DNA of 64,000 nucleotides from a virus (Duplodnaviria; Caudoviricetes): IMG/VR virus record IMGVR_UViG_3300042196_000418; one strand, 5' to 3'. Shown piece by piece: positions 63,546 to 64,000 of this stretch (position 1 is its first letter; each line of letters starts with the position of its first letter). The notes under the pieces were generated by a model. It saw only the letters and a program-made list of their open reading frames with translations, ran no database searches and was not told where the DNA came from. The position numbers and the translations under genes were made by a program.

Positions 63546-64000
63546 TTAGATGGCACTGCCGATCATCGCCGAAAAGAATGTACAGTCGTTCAAACCGATG
63601 TACATGACGTCAACCTCGATCGACTCCTTGCACGCGTGATACTCGACGACGGTATCCACAGCATTCGTCGCGAACAGATCTCCGGGGACCGGGCCCGGCT
63701 GCTTGAACTGCGACTTTCCGTCACCACGAAGATCCTCGATCAGCCAGTCAGCGGCACCCCCGATCGAGCCGGCGTTGCTAACGACGAAACGGCTGGGAAG
63801 GAAGGGGCCACCTAGAATCGGAAGCTTCAGGGTCACTTTCTGCATAGCCCGCACGCGAGGCTCAGTGGTGGGTTTGGTAGTTGCATCCTCCGCTGTGTAG
63901 TGAACGGCCGAGCTGATCGGCATGATCATCCGCCGCTCTCCGTTGGGCGCAGCGAGAACGGCCGCATAGATCTCGGTGATGAATCCAAGCGCTTCGGGTG
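63546..64000 (-). CDS. Protein with the same beta-rich domain, 5'-truncated by window edge
   Basis: GGAADWLIEDLR...KSQF...PGDLFATNAVDT...VMYIGLN; frame open to 64000. Confidence 0.8.
   Translation of the reverse strand, partial: PEALGFITEIYAAVLAAPNGERRMIMPISSAVHYTAEDATTKPTTEPRVRAMQKVTLKLPILGGPFLPSRFVVSNAGSIGGAADWLIEDLRGDGKSQFKQPGPVPGDLFATNAVDTVVEYHACKESIEVDVMYIGLNDCTFFSAMIGSAI

Larger units (their letters stand above)
1..64000. mobile_element. Segment of a large phage or phage-like element, likely Myxococcota-associated
   Basis: About 120 small co-oriented, translationally coupled ORFs, several resembling phage hypothetical families; myxobacteria-style kinase/TPR/lipoprotein genes; no housekeeping operons. 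No virion hallmark gene in window, so element type is inferred. Confidence 0.75.

Noticed and set aside
1-64000. tRNA, rRNA, integrase, transposase, reverse transcriptase, terminase or portal genes
   Set aside because: None recognised by eye; tRNAscan/Infernal and HMM searches are needed to exclude them formally

Overview
GC-rich window (mid-60s % GC by eye, not computed) that looks like part of a very large phage or phage-like element, probably of a myxobacterial (Myxococcota-type) host. This is inferred from gene architecture and host-like genes; no terminase, portal, integrase, tRNA, rRNA or CRISPR array is visible. Bases 1-~43970 hold about 120 mostly small + strand ORFs chained by ATGA/GTGA/TAATG overlaps. 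The four main gaps in this chain (5015-5153, 12331-12401, 28829-29049, 31260-31398) each carry a GGGTA-N6-TACCC palindrome, and three also carry a sigma54-type GG-N10-GC element at a fixed 53-54 bp distance. The first genes behind two of these promoters are a membrane-anchored protein bearing only a RuvA domain III-like module (29050-29436) and a divergent RuvB (31399-32436); this pair is the best candidate for an undescribed system. Also in the chain: a GHKL ATPase-HEXXH fusion and a myxobacteria-like Ser/Thr kinase, TPR protein and lipoprotein set. Bases ~44000-61000 are mostly - strand: two collagen-like proteins, a cupin, two 2OG-Fe(II) oxygenases, a 1205-aa five-domain glyco-enzyme, four more methyltransferase genes, three glycosyltransferases and two beta-propeller glycosidase-like paralogues. 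The window ends with two convergent genes built from an unrecognised ~110-120-aa beta-rich repeat. All family calls come from motif recognition by eye; no searches were run.
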